This document shows, in pieces, positions 35,852 to 45,204 of a DNA stretch of 64,000 bases. Below the pieces are notes generated by a model, which did not search any database, was not told where the DNA came from, and was given only the letters and a program-made list of their open reading frames with translations. Within the stretch, counting starts at the first letter, position 1. Every line of letters begins with the position of its first letter. The DNA lies in assembly GCA_034423115.1 (NCBI GenBank), contig DAOUJD010000064.1, positions 9,799 to 73,798 of the forward strand, read 5' to 3'. A program made the position numbers and the translations under genes. The DNA comes from Dehalococcoidia bacterium. Lineage in GTDB: Bacteria > Chloroflexota > Dehalococcoidia > Lucifugimonadales > UBA3495.

Positions 35852-36736
35852 CTATTCGATCGCTTCTTTCAGGCGTCGGATGGCGTCAATGTGATCATCC
35901 GGGGACGTGGCTCCGCGCAGGCCCGCAGCCATGTGCGTAGCTCCGATTTCCTCCCAGGACTTCAATTCGGTGAGCCAGTCTTCGGGATTGTTCTCGGAGG
36001 TGATGGTGATGCGGCCTTCGATGCCTACGTCGGAGGGGTTCCGTCCTGCGGCTTCGGCCTGGGCGCGAATCCTACCCAAGATGGCTTGACCGTCAGAATC
36101 GGGCGCGAACATTGGGAAGTACCCGTCCGCCAGGCGTCCGATGCGTCGGATTGCCGCGTTGGGAGGTGTGGGAGCATTGCCGCGGCCGGCGCCGATCCAG
36201 ATGGGGATCGGACGCTGGACCGGTAGCGGATTGATACCGGCGTGAGTGATGTCGTGGTACTTGCCGTGGAAGTCGATAACGTCCTCGGTCCACAGCTGGC
36301 GCAGCACCTCGATCTGCTCGTCGCAGCGGCTGCCCCGCGTGGCGAAGTCCACACCCAAAGCCTCGTACTCTACCGAGTTCCAACCTACCCCGATACCCAA
36401 CCTCAACCTGCCTTCCGACAGCAGATCCACTTCCGCCGCTTGTTTTGCCACCAACGCCGTTTGGCGCTGAGGCAGGATCAGGATGCCGGTGGTCAGCCCG
36501 ATTTTCTTGGTGACCGCCGCAAGGTATGCCATCAGCGTGAACGGTTCGTGGATGTATGACTCGTGAGTGTATGGGAACTGGGGAACCTCTGGATGTTTCT
36601 CCGGCACGGCTCCGAGGACGTGGTCAAGGATACGCACGTGGGCGTAGCCCAAGTCCTCAGCCGCTTGGATGTAATCTCTGAGGGCACCGAAGTCGTCGCC
36701 AATCTCAACGATAGGTACCGAAACGCCGATTTCCAT
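35852..36736 (-). CDS. LLM-class F420-dependent oxidoreductase
   Basis: Start at Met16 (MEIGVSVP), preceded by GGAGGAG. Motifs LSEGRLRLGIGVGW, PIWIGAGRG. Confidence 0.85.
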   Translation of the reverse strand: MEIGVSVPIVEIGDDFGALRDYIQAAEDLGYAHVRILDHVLGAVPEKHPEVPQFPYTHESYIHEPFTLMAYLAAVTKKIGLTTGILILPQRQTALVAKQAAEVDLLSEGRLRLGIGVGWNSVEYEALGVDFATRGSRCDEQIEVLRQLWTEDVIDFHGKYHDITHAGINPLPVQRPIPIWIGAGRGNAPTPPNAAIRRIGRLADGYFPMFAPDSDGQAILGRIRAQAEAAGRNPSDVGIEGRITITSENNPEDWLTELKSWEEIGATHMAAGLRGATSPDDHIDAIRRLKEAIE

Positions 36737-36828
36737 AATGAAGCTCCTCCCTGCCTGAAAACAGAAGCGGCCCCGCCGCATCGGTGATGGTCGGGGTCAT
36801 TATAGCGGGGTATGGTACCCCTGGCCGC

Positions 36829-37038
36829 CTAAGCTTGCTCGAGTTCCGCTCGGGACATTCCCAGGTCCCGGAGCATCGCGCCGATGGTGACGGGTCTCAG
36901 ACCATGCCCGCCGCAGTTGGGAATCGTCGTCCTCGCCGTGCTGTCAACGTTGATCTAAACCTCATGGTCCCCGCGGCCCTGCCGGTCAAACTGGCAGCCC
37001 AAGCGGCGCAGCTTGCGCGTGAGTTCCCGATAGGTCAC
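36829..37038 (-). pseudogene. hicA: hicA-family toxin ORF interrupted by a single in-frame TAG (codon 28)
   Basis: GTG at 37038 overlaps the hicB stop (GTGA). The translation VTYRELTRKLRRLGCQFDRQGRGDHEV*INVDSTARTTIPNCGGHGLRPVTIGAMLRDLGMSRAELEQA* matches the HicA consensus on both sides of the TAG at 36955-36957. A Trp (TGG) is common at that position. Confidence 0.7.
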
Positions 37039-37289
37039 GCTATCACATTCACCTCGTCAACTGTGCCCGTCAGCACCGGGGCTGGCGCGATCCCAGCGGG
37101 CAGGGGATGACCATGTTCCAGATAAGACTGAATATGGGCCTGTGCTACGCCTTCCAGATTGTGCAGTGTTTCGGCCGGACTTTCCCCCCAGGCACGGCAT
37201 CCCGGCAGGGCTGGGATTTCAGCCAGATACTTGCCCTCGGTATCCTCGCTGGGTTCGTACATAATGTAAGAGAGTTTGTAACGATTCAC
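37035..37289 (-). CDS. hicB: HicB-family antitoxin (UPF0150 fold)
   Basis: YMYEPSEDTEGKYLAEIPALPGCRAWGESPAETLHNLEGVAQAHI is the classic HicB N-domain. GTG start 7 nt after GGAGG. Confidence 0.75.
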   Translation of the reverse strand: MNRYKLSYIMYEPSEDTEGKYLAEIPALPGCRAWGESPAETLHNLEGVAQAHIQSYLEHGHPLPAGIAPAPVLTGTVDEVNVIA

Positions 37290-37430
37290 CGCTGAACCTC
37301 CGCGTCAGGCAATGAATTCGGGAAGCCCGGTCCAGCGCCGATGCAAGTGAGCCATCATAGCCGCACTATCGAGACGGATACCAAAAAGCCCCCTGATGTT
37401 AACTGACCTTCCGCCTCATTGCATATGCCG

Positions 37431-38240
37431 CTAGATCATGAAGTTCATCTCGCCCACAATGCGTTCGCCCAGAGCGCGGTCGCCGTCGATGGTCACTGAT
37501 CCGTTGCCCAGCGCTTTTTCGGCGTCCCACCGGCCTGTGCCCAAGGCGTTGAAAGGTTCCAGGCCCATGGTCAGACGGACGGTAGGCATGTCCGGCGAGG
37601 AATCCATGCGGTTGGCCCGTCCACCGTCCATGTTCAGTGCGATGGTGCCGCCCACATCTCCCGTGATGTCGAATACCACCGTAGCGCCATCGTCGGGCTT
37701 TACCTTGCGCCCGACTACAAACGGCATGGCGGACCGGGTACGCCCGTAGGAGTGCTGCGCTACGGGTCCGGTCAAATGCCCGGGAATGCCCAGCGTGCGG
37801 CGCATGTCCTGCTCGTGAACCCATGCATCATAGACGCGGATGGCGAGCAGGTCTGTGTAGGGGCCGCTACCCAGCGGGTTGGGCGTTTCGGCAGCGAAGT
37901 CATCGTCACTCATGGCCCGCAGCACTGCCATCCGCTCACGGGTGACATCGCGAAACTCTGCCAAAATCTCAGCTCCGCTGAATTGACGACGGTAATCGAC
38001 CAGCACCTCGTTGCTGTGCCCAACCTCGTTTCGCACGTGGGATGTATCGGATGGCTCGTGCTCCGGAGCAGGTCTGCCCAATAGGCGACATTCGCTGCCC
38101 ACAAGGTGGGATACCTGATCCTGCACCGCCCATCCCGGACATTCGGTGGGCAAAGCCCACTGCTCGGACGTGAGGTTGGCGCACAGGCCGTCTATCGACC
38201 GCCATACCGTTTCCATCAGATCAACCATCTGTTGGGACAT
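37431..38240 (-). CDS. DinB-fold, mycothiol-dependent maleylpyruvate-isomerase-family (TIGR03083-like) protein
   Basis: N-terminal LTSEQWALPTECPGWAVQDQVSHLVG is characteristic. The C-terminal part is SCP2-like. Confidence 0.7.
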   Translation of the reverse strand: MSQQMVDLMETVWRSIDGLCANLTSEQWALPTECPGWAVQDQVSHLVGSECRLLGRPAPEHEPSDTSHVRNEVGHSNEVLVDYRRQFSGAEILAEFRDVTRERMAVLRAMSDDDFAAETPNPLGSGPYTDLLAIRVYDAWVHEQDMRRTLGIPGHLTGPVAQHSYGRTRSAMPFVVGRKVKPDDGATVVFDITGDVGGTIALNMDGGRANRMDSSPDMPTVRLTMGLEPFNALGTGRWDAEKALGNGSVTIDGDRALGERIVGEMNFMI

Positions 38241-38298
38241 TTCACTTAGCTCCTAAGATTGGGGGACCCAAGCGGAATCTTGGATCTTACGTTGCAAA

Positions 38299-38832
38299 TC
38301 AGGTTGTCTCCTCGGCCACGTACACCACAAACGCCTGTTGCAGGGACATGGAGTTCGGAATCGTGATCGTGTTGTTGTCCTCATCTTCAAGCACGATGAA
38401 AAACGGAGTCAGATCCGTGATGGTGCCGGAGATGGGTTGGTCGCTGAGGACTTTAATCCGATCGCCGATGTGGATTGGAAATCGCCAGAACATGATGATG
38501 CTGGTCGTGACGTTGCTCAGAATTGACCATTGGGAGAAAAAGGCGATGCCCAAGGTCGCAAGAATGGCCCCCGACACCACCGCCAGACTGCGTAGATCGA
38601 TGCTCCAGATCACGGCCAAAGTCGCCAGCAGCAGCACAATGGCTATCACGCTCACCGCCCTACGAGTAGATCCCACCCGACGAGGGTGCATTCTTTGGCG
38701 GGATTGAACCAGGCGGTTAATCGCGCGATTGCAGATTAATCGCGCGGCGACGTAGATTGAGACCGAAGCAATCGTGGCCGCGATCTGAAACAACAAGACA
38801 TTGTCCAGGCGGACCACATAGTCCCACACCAT
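38299..38832 (-). CDS. small mechanosensitive (MscS-family) channel protein
   Basis: Three TM helices followed by IHIGDRIKV....SGTITDLTPFFIVLEDEDNNTITIPNS, an MscS beta-domain motif. Confidence 0.7.
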   Translation of the reverse strand: MVWDYVVRLDNVLLFQIAATIASVSIYVAARLICNRAINRLVQSRQRMHPRRVGSTRRAVSVIAIVLLLATLAVIWSIDLRSLAVVSGAILATLGIAFFSQWSILSNVTTSIIMFWRFPIHIGDRIKVLSDQPISGTITDLTPFFIVLEDEDNNTITIPNSMSLQQAFVVYVAEETT

Positions 38833-38844
38833 GCCGGCTACCCC

Positions 38845-39072
38845 CTAGCGCACCCACCGACATTCGGGCAGATGGCCGCGGTAGCCGCCATCGGGGCAGG
38901 TGCAGTCGACGTCATTGCGTCGCCGGTAACCCAGGGATTCCAACCAGCCCTCGAACCCTGGGTAGAACCCGTAGCCATCATCGATGGCACGGTAGCCGGC
39001 ACGAAGGGCGGCCAAAACTTCATCGTGCGTGGGGAGAGAGAATCCCCTCGCAGCGTCTGACTGCGCCACCAA
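38845..39072 (-). CDS. hypothetical small protein with C-terminal Cys cluster
   Basis: 75 aa. CTCPDGGYRGHLPEC near the C-terminus. Tightly packed downstream of the dioxygenase genes. No family recognised. Confidence 0.4.
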   Translation of the reverse strand: MVAQSDAARGFSLPTHDEVLAALRAGYRAIDDGYGFYPGFEGWLESLGYRRRNDVDCTCPDGGYRGHLPECRWVR

Positions 39073-39077
39073 CCGCC

Positions 39078-39281
39078 CTACTCCGCTACCAGTTCGATAA
39101 CATCCTGGGCGAAGACCATGTCCTCTTCGCCTACCTGGCCTGGGTCATCGGGACTGGTCAGGTAACGGACGAACAACCAAACCCCATCTCTGGGGTTGGA
39201 CATTACTTCCGCGGTCGCTTCGTTGTAGAGCCGCACCGTTTGGCCCGGCTCAACTTCAAACAGGTTAACTATGTCGGCCAT
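39078..39281 (-). CDS. hypothetical small protein
   Basis: 67 aa, acidic. Lies 27 nt after the dioxygenase beta subunit. No family recognised. Confidence 0.4.
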   Translation of the reverse strand: MADIVNLFEVEPGQTVRLYNEATAEVMSNPRDGVWLFVRYLTSPDDPGQVGEEDMVFAQDVIELVAE

Positions 39282-39308
39282 TGAGATCCGCCTGCGCGTC
39301 TCCGGGTT

Positions 39309-39854
39309 TCAAAAGAAGAAGGTCAGGTTTTTGGCGAGCAGGACATTCTGATCGAGCAACACTCGCCGCTTGGCGATCTGCCACCCTCCATCCACGCGGC
39401 GGAGCGTATCCTCACGGCGACCCACCAGGATGTCCGTCTCGGTCTCCACCCGGTTGCGATAGATTATGAACCGGCAGCGTAGGGAAACTTCCTCTGGTCC
39501 GGCAATCGTCGACGTAGCTTCAACGATTTCAACGTTGGTCACCAGGTGGGATATGCGCGACAGCGGTTCCTCTGCCCAATGAACGCCAGTGAGGATCTGG
39601 TTCACCCGCTGGGTCAAAGTCGCCTTGCCCTCGTCAAACCAGTTGATGTCCTGCCCTTCGCGGGTGAATTCGCGCTCGAGTTCGCCGAACTTGACGTTGC
39701 GCCGCATGGGAACCCAATACCGCACGTCGTCGGTCAGCAGGGCCAGCCAATCCTCGTACCGCCGGTCGTCCAGCAGGTTCGCCTCGTGGAACAGAAAAGC
39801 TTCCACGTCCTGCTTGAGCAGCAGCATGGTTAGCGGGTCATTCGTCGTTACCAT
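39309..39854 (-). CDS. aromatic-ring-hydroxylating dioxygenase beta subunit
   Basis: FLFHEANLLDDRRYEDWLALLTDDVRYWVP is the typical SnoaL-like beta-subunit motif. Start is 39854 (ATG) or 39869 (TTG). Confidence 0.8.
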   Translation of the reverse strand: MVTTNDPLTMLLLKQDVEAFLFHEANLLDDRRYEDWLALLTDDVRYWVPMRRNVKFGELEREFTREGQDINWFDEGKATLTQRVNQILTGVHWAEEPLSRISHLVTNVEIVEATSTIAGPEEVSLRCRFIIYRNRVETETDILVGRREDTLRRVDGGWQIAKRRVLLDQNVLLAKNLTFFF

Positions 39855-39862
39855 GACGCCGC

Positions 39863-41245
39863 CTAGCAAGCCGGATTGTTGCCGTTGCGCCAGCTAGCCA
39901 GTTCGTCCCAGTCGCGGGCCGCCATGAACTCCCGCCAACGGCTATAGAAACCGCGCTGGTTCTGCTCACCGGCCCGCGCCTTGGTGGTATCCAGCACCGT
40001 ACCGTCGAGCTTGAGACCGCCATCCTCGAAATCGGTCACCGCGTAGCCCATGCCCATCTGATAGTTGTAATGGTACCGGCGCGCCATGGCGCCCCGGCTG
40101 GCGGCGTGGGCGTAGTTCCAGTTCTCCATGTCGTCCTGCTCGGTCAGACCGGCGGGACCCGAGTAGCGGATGTAGTATTGGCGCAGAAACTCCTTGACTT
40201 CAGGCGGAGCGGTGCTGTCCACCATGAACCAGCGCCAAACCTCCGTCTGGTCAGGTCCCCGCGGATGCCACACCGCGATGCTGCGTGGCTGCCGGGGCAG
40301 GAAGGACATATTGGGGAAGATGGTGCCGGGTCCCGCCAATATGCGCCACAATTGTCCCTGTCGCTCCTTGCGAGCGATCTCGCACTGGTAGAAATACTCG
40401 GAGACAATCGGGTCGTTCTGGTAGGACGGAACGGGCTGAGCGTCCTCCGGGCGCAGGAACATGACGGTGCCGTGTCCCCGCTCGGGAAATGATACGTCGA
40501 GGGACTTGGCGCCCTCGCGCTCACGGTTGTCCCGCCGTCCCTGGCCGGACGGACCGATACCCACCAGGTCAACGGAGCGGTGGCTGATGTTGTGGTAGCG
40601 GTCGCCGATGAAATTCTCGGCGGGGAACTTCCAGTTGCTGGGCACCATCCATTTCTCGATCCCGCCGATAATCTCGGTACCGCCGTCGGACCCGTCCCAA
40701 CCATCGAACAGGATGTCCAGGTAGGTCTTAAAGCCGCCGATATACTCCAGGAAGTCGGGCGCGTTGGGATCCCAAGTTGCCCAGATGCCGCCCTTGTAGT
40801 TGGTCATCTTGGGGACACGGATAAGGCTCCATTGGGATTTGTCCAATTCCTCGTGGTAGGCGTCCTTGTAGAAGGGCACACCGACCAGCGACCCATCGGT
40901 AGCAAAGCTCCAGCCGTGGTATGGACAGGTAAAGATGGGAGTGTTCCCCTCGTCGTACCGGCACACCTTCATGCCACGGTGCATGCACGAATTGAGGAAT
41001 ACGTGAACCTCGCCCTCTCGATCCCGGCAGAGGATTACGGATTCCTCGCCCATTGAGGACACGAAGAAGTCGCCCGGCTTGGACACCTGGCTCTCGTGGC
41101 CGACGAACAACCAGGCGCGGGTGAAGATGCGCTCCTGCTCTTCGGCGTAGATGTCAGCGTTGACGAATATCTCGCGGCTGACCATGCCATTGTCCTGGTC
41201 AACCAGGCCACTGTAGGCGCTGGGCTGGAACGTGATCGCCATCAT
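39863..41245 (-). CDS. Rieske non-heme iron aromatic-ring-hydroxylating dioxygenase alpha subunit
   Basis: Rieske CMHRG..(17)..CPYHGW and Fe site GDRYHNISH. Start at Met40, preceded by GGAGGA; the track N-terminal extension is rejected. Confidence 0.9.
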   Translation of the reverse strand: MMAITFQPSAYSGLVDQDNGMVSREIFVNADIYAEEQERIFTRAWLFVGHESQVSKPGDFFVSSMGEESVILCRDREGEVHVFLNSCMHRGMKVCRYDEGNTPIFTCPYHGWSFATDGSLVGVPFYKDAYHEELDKSQWSLIRVPKMTNYKGGIWATWDPNAPDFLEYIGGFKTYLDILFDGWDGSDGGTEIIGGIEKWMVPSNWKFPAENFIGDRYHNISHRSVDLVGIGPSGQGRRDNREREGAKSLDVSFPERGHGTVMFLRPEDAQPVPSYQNDPIVSEYFYQCEIARKERQGQLWRILAGPGTIFPNMSFLPRQPRSIAVWHPRGPDQTEVWRWFMVDSTAPPEVKEFLRQYYIRYSGPAGLTEQDDMENWNYAHAASRGAMARRYHYNYQMGMGYAVTDFEDGGLKLDGTVLDTTKARAGEQNQRGFYSRWREFMAARDWDELASWRNGNNPAC

Positions 41246-41297
41246 TGTCCTCCGGGCGCGGCTTGCTTCGCCGCATGGTATCACAACCGTGCGGCGG

Positions 41298-42185
41298 TCA
41301 GTCGCTCCGCAGCTCGGTCTGCGCCAGAGATTCCAATATGCGCGCCACGACAGGGTAACCATCGTTGCCCCAGCCGGCCTCCTGCGCCTGGTGATATAGC
41401 CCGTTTGCCACGGACCCGGTGCCGGACGGTGCGTCTACACTCTCGGCCAATGCGCAGGCTAGGGCGACGTCTTTTGCCACTATGTCCAGGGTGCCACCAG
41501 CCTCGAACGTGCGGTTCAGGATTGAATTCGGTATTGCGTTGAACGCGCGGCTGGCGCCGGCGCTAACCGGGACGATCTCAGCCAGGACCGCAGGATCTAC
41601 ACCGCCAAGGCGGGCGATGAGCATGCCCTCGATGGCGGCGATGAGGTTGGTATAACCCATGTATTGTGTAGCAAGTTTGGCAACGCATCCCGCACCTGAT
41701 TCGCCGACGTAAAACACCTGCGCGGACACCGTCTCCAGGATAGGCAGCACGCGATCGAAGATAGAACGCGGGCCACCAACCATCATCGTCATGTTGGGTG
41801 GTCGGCCGCTGACGGGAGCATCGAGCATGTGGAGACCTCGGGCGGCACAGGTATCCGCCACTTTTCGCGCGACGTCTGGGTCATTGGTGGTGGTATCGAC
41901 CAGTACAGCTCCAGGCGACATTGCTGCCAGCACGGCTGCCTCATTACCCAGCAAGACAGATTCAACCTGTGTTGGACCGGGCAACGAAGTCCATACAACC
42001 CCGCAGCCGTCAACCGCCTCCTCTGCGCTGGACGCCCAACTCGCTCCTCGCTCGATCAGCGGATCGGCGGCTTCGAGGCGGATGTCGTGCACGGTCAAAG
42101 GGACGCCTGCGTCAAAGAGGCAACCGGCCATCAAACTACCCATGGTGCCCACGCCGATAAACGCCTGTCGGGTCGCCGATGCCAT
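41298..42185 (-). CDS. NAD(P)-dependent 3-hydroxyisobutyrate/6-phosphogluconate dehydrogenase-family oxidoreductase
   Basis: FIGVGTMGSLMA Rossmann motif, DAPVSG, and a conserved Lys region. Confidence 0.85.
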   Translation of the reverse strand: MASATRQAFIGVGTMGSLMAGCLFDAGVPLTVHDIRLEAADPLIERGASWASSAEEAVDGCGVVWTSLPGPTQVESVLLGNEAAVLAAMSPGAVLVDTTTNDPDVARKVADTCAARGLHMLDAPVSGRPPNMTMMVGGPRSIFDRVLPILETVSAQVFYVGESGAGCVAKLATQYMGYTNLIAAIEGMLIARLGGVDPAVLAEIVPVSAGASRAFNAIPNSILNRTFEAGGTLDIVAKDVALACALAESVDAPSGTGSVANGLYHQAQEAGWGNDGYPVVARILESLAQTELRSD

Positions 42186-42281
42186 GATGCTCTCCTTGGA
42201 ACGGGGCCGCTCCGTTTGACTTGGTCCCGACGCGCTCCACGTTATTGGCGTCGGTTTTGATCCTCGCCAGCCGCAGATGGA

Positions 42282-42713
42282 TCAATACACCGCAGCGCAT
42301 GCAGGTAGAATGGTATGAAAGACGGCTTGCTGGTCAAACCGGGCTTTGTACTGATCGGAAATTTCGCGAACGGATACGAGCCCGGCTTCGGCGCCGTCAA
42401 GCGGAATCAACACATTCAACAGCTTTGTGGATTCCCGGTACGGCCGACCCTCAGCGGCATCGAACCACTGACCGCGGGCGTCGAGCACGGTGAGGCCGTC
42501 AGGGAAGCGCGGCGTCACTGTATCGGCCAGAAACGCGTTCCATTCGTCTTCGGTTACGGTGCTGCCATCTCCCTTTTCCTGCCCGAAATAAACGTTCAAT
42601 TCAGTGAATGTGCCCATCCCTTCGGGGCAAGAAGACTGGCCGCCGGCGATGCATCCCACACCGAAGAGGAGGAGCAACGCGGAGGCGGCCAGAAGTATCG
42701 TGGCCGATCGCAT
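42282..42713 (-). CDS. DUF3574-like lipoprotein
   Basis: Signal peptide and lipobox (LLFGVGC). EDEWNAFLADTVTPRFPDGLTVLDARGQW matches my recollection of DUF3574. Confidence 0.55.
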   Translation of the reverse strand: MRSATILLAASALLLLFGVGCIAGGQSSCPEGMGTFTELNVYFGQEKGDGSTVTEDEWNAFLADTVTPRFPDGLTVLDARGQWFDAAEGRPYRESTKLLNVLIPLDGAEAGLVSVREISDQYKARFDQQAVFHTILPACAAVY

Positions 42714-42714
42714 C

Positions 42715-43884
42715 CTACTCGTAGTGGTCGACCAGCGGTATCTCGTGGAGGGCGGGTATCACCTCGCGCCCGATGAGTTCGATGGAGCGCATCACGTCCT
42801 CGTGGTCCATGGCGCCCTCGTTGCCATAGATGTGGAGGTAGCCCGGATTGAGACGCTCGATGATCATGGAGAGCTTTTCGCGCACGGTGTCGGGACTGCC
42901 CACGATGATGTTGTTGGCTTCCTGTAGTTCCTCGTAGGTCATCATCCGGCCGAAACCGCCGGCGCCCGGAAGGGTGCGCTGGATGCTGACGGCCTCGCGC
43001 GACTGGTAGCCGGGCGGGTCGTTGTGCTCACGAGGACCGCGGTTGCGGTGTTCCTGGGTCCAAAGGAATTCGCGGCCCAGTTCCTGGGCTTTTTCGTCGG
43101 TGTCGGCGCAGAAGACGCGCAGCAGGTAGCCGAAGTGCTCCGGCCCGGGTTGGAATCCGGTCTCCTTGGCGGTGTCGATGTATACGTCCCGCAGGCGGTG
43201 GGTGTGTTCCAGCAGGGAACCCAGGTTCATGTAGGGGTGCTGGTGGGTCGCGGCCCACACTACGGACTCGGGACTGCTAAAGCCAGGGAACCAGATGGGC
43301 GGATGGGGCTTCTGCATGGGAAGAACCCAGGGGTTGACCTTCCGGTAGTGGTAGTACTCGCCCTCGTAGCGGAACGGCCCGGGCTCCGTCCAGCACTTGA
43401 TAATCAGGTCGTGGGCTTCCTCGAACCGGTCCCGGTTTTGGGGCGGCGCAACGCCGCCTTGCAGGGTCTCCACCGCAGTGCCGCGCACAAATCCGGATAT
43501 GATTCGGCCGCCGGATATGCAGTCCAGCATTGCGATCTCTTCGGCCATGCGGATAGGATCGTTGATTGCGATTACGTTCCCCAGGATCGCGATCTTGGTA
43601 TTGCGAGTGACCTTGGAAATGACAGCGGCGTCGATGTTGACGGCCGGTTTCATGCACCAGTACGAAGCATGGTGCTCGTTGGACATGATGCCGTCGAAGC
43701 CGTTCTGATCGGCGCAGGCGTACTGTTCGTGGTATTGGTTGTAGAGCACGTGGGCCTTTTCGGGGTCGAAATGGGAGTTGGGGAAATCCAGTCGTCCCGA
43801 TTCGAACTGCTCAACGTCCTCGTCGGTGACGTGGCCGTAGGGCTGCTCCGAGAACCAGAATATTTCAACCTTATCCTTGGGCAT
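42715..43884 (-). CDS. LLM-class flavin-dependent oxidoreductase
   Basis: Start at Met33 (MPKDKVEIFWF), preceded by GAGGAGG. Motifs NGFDGIMSNEHH, SGGRIISGFVRG. Confidence 0.85.
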   Translation of the reverse strand: MPKDKVEIFWFSEQPYGHVTDEDVEQFESGRLDFPNSHFDPEKAHVLYNQYHEQYACADQNGFDGIMSNEHHASYWCMKPAVNIDAAVISKVTRNTKIAILGNVIAINDPIRMAEEIAMLDCISGGRIISGFVRGTAVETLQGGVAPPQNRDRFEEAHDLIIKCWTEPGPFRYEGEYYHYRKVNPWVLPMQKPHPPIWFPGFSSPESVVWAATHQHPYMNLGSLLEHTHRLRDVYIDTAKETGFQPGPEHFGYLLRVFCADTDEKAQELGREFLWTQEHRNRGPREHNDPPGYQSREAVSIQRTLPGAGGFGRMMTYEELQEANNIIVGSPDTVREKLSMIIERLNPGYLHIYGNEGAMDHEDVMRSIELIGREVIPALHEIPLVDHYE

Positions 43885-44007
43885 GGGGACCTCCTCGCCA
43901 CGGTTGGCAGGTCGAGTAGCGCGTTGGCACGGGTGCGGGATGGCGTCAGTATAGGCAAGCCCATCGATGCGGGCAAGCAAAGCGACAACAACGGCTAACC
44001 GGCGGCA

Positions 44008-44250
44008 TCATTCGGTGGGGATCCTGGGGTTGAATATGCGCCCGTACTGGACGAAAGCCACGACGGTCAGTATCACCAGGATGCACAAGCTAATGTCCCA
44101 CAACGTGGAAACCACCAACCACGCCCAACTCTCGGCCGCAAATTCGGTAGCCAGTACGTTGACCGCGACCGCCGCGACGATGCGGGGAACAACCACGCAC
44201 GCCAAAACCAGCAGCAATCGCCACCGATTTAGAGCGAGCCACCTTTTCAT
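44008..44250 (-). CDS. hypothetical small membrane protein
   Basis: 80 aa with two to three hydrophobic helices. Confidence 0.4.
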   Translation of the reverse strand: MKRWLALNRWRLLLVLACVVVPRIVAAVAVNVLATEFAAESWAWLVVSTLWDISLCILVILTVVAFVQYGRIFNPRIPTE

Positions 44251-44270
44251 GTCGGTTCAGGGGATTTCGG

Positions 44271-45080
44271 CTATCGGCCCTGGAACCACGCCTGACGTTT
44301 CTGGGAGAAGGCGCGAATCCCTTCCTGGAAATCGCCGGTCAACCCGATATTGGCGATGGCGTCGGTCTCCGCCTCCAGCTGCGTGGACAGGTCGGCTTCC
44401 CAGCTACCGTCGAAAAGCGCTTTGACGCGCCCGTATGCCTGGGTCGGTCCCTGGGCCAACCGATCGGCGGTTTCCATGGCGTGGCGTTCAAAATGGGAAG
44501 CGTCGAACACCTGGCTGACCAACCCCAATTCCAGTGCGTACTGGGCGCCGATGGGTTGTCGGGCTAGATAGATTTCCATGGCGCGGCCCTGACCAACGAT
44601 GCGCGGCAACATATAGGTGGATCCGCCGTCCGCCGTGCAACCGATGTTGGCGTAGGCCAGCAGGAACCGGGCATCGGCCGAGGCCACCCTCAGGTCGCAG
44701 GCGAGAGCCAAGCTGAAGCCGGCGCCGGCCGCGACGCCATTCACCGCCGCGATCACCGGTTTGTCCAATGTGCGAATGGCCATGATCACATCGTTGTGCA
44801 GCGAGTCTGCCAGTCCGCGGAGGTGTTCCGATAGCCCTTCGGGTCCGCCCTCATCCAGTTGCGCCGCAAAATCCCGCACGTCGGCGCCGGCACAAAAAGC
44901 GCCGTCGGTTCCGGTCAACATGACGGCGCGAACGTCTCTCGCCGACGCTGCGGTCAAGGCTTGGCCCAGGTCGGAGATCATGTCGGGAGACAGAGCGTTG
45001 CGAGCCTCCGGGCGGTTCAGACGTATCACGGCCAATGAAGCACTGCGCTCGAGCAAAACATGCTGGTTTATACTTGTCAT
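44271..45080 (-). CDS. enoyl-CoA hydratase/isomerase (crotonase) family protein
   Basis: RPEARNAL, GAFCAGADV, AAVNGVAAGAGFSLALACD. Confidence 0.9.
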   Translation of the reverse strand: MTSINQHVLLERSASLAVIRLNRPEARNALSPDMISDLGQALTAASARDVRAVMLTGTDGAFCAGADVRDFAAQLDEGGPEGLSEHLRGLADSLHNDVIMAIRTLDKPVIAAVNGVAAGAGFSLALACDLRVASADARFLLAYANIGCTADGGSTYMLPRIVGQGRAMEIYLARQPIGAQYALELGLVSQVFDASHFERHAMETADRLAQGPTQAYGRVKALFDGSWEADLSTQLEAETDAIANIGLTGDFQEGIRAFSQKRQAWFQGR

Positions 45081-45204
45081 CAGAAACCTCCCGATAGCCG
45101 GCTGTTTCGCGGAGTAGGGTATGGAAAAACATCAGGCATCAGCCCGGTCGGGACCGGGGCCGATGCCTGGAGTTGGTCGTCTGTTTTGGGTTGATTGGGC
45201 CGGA

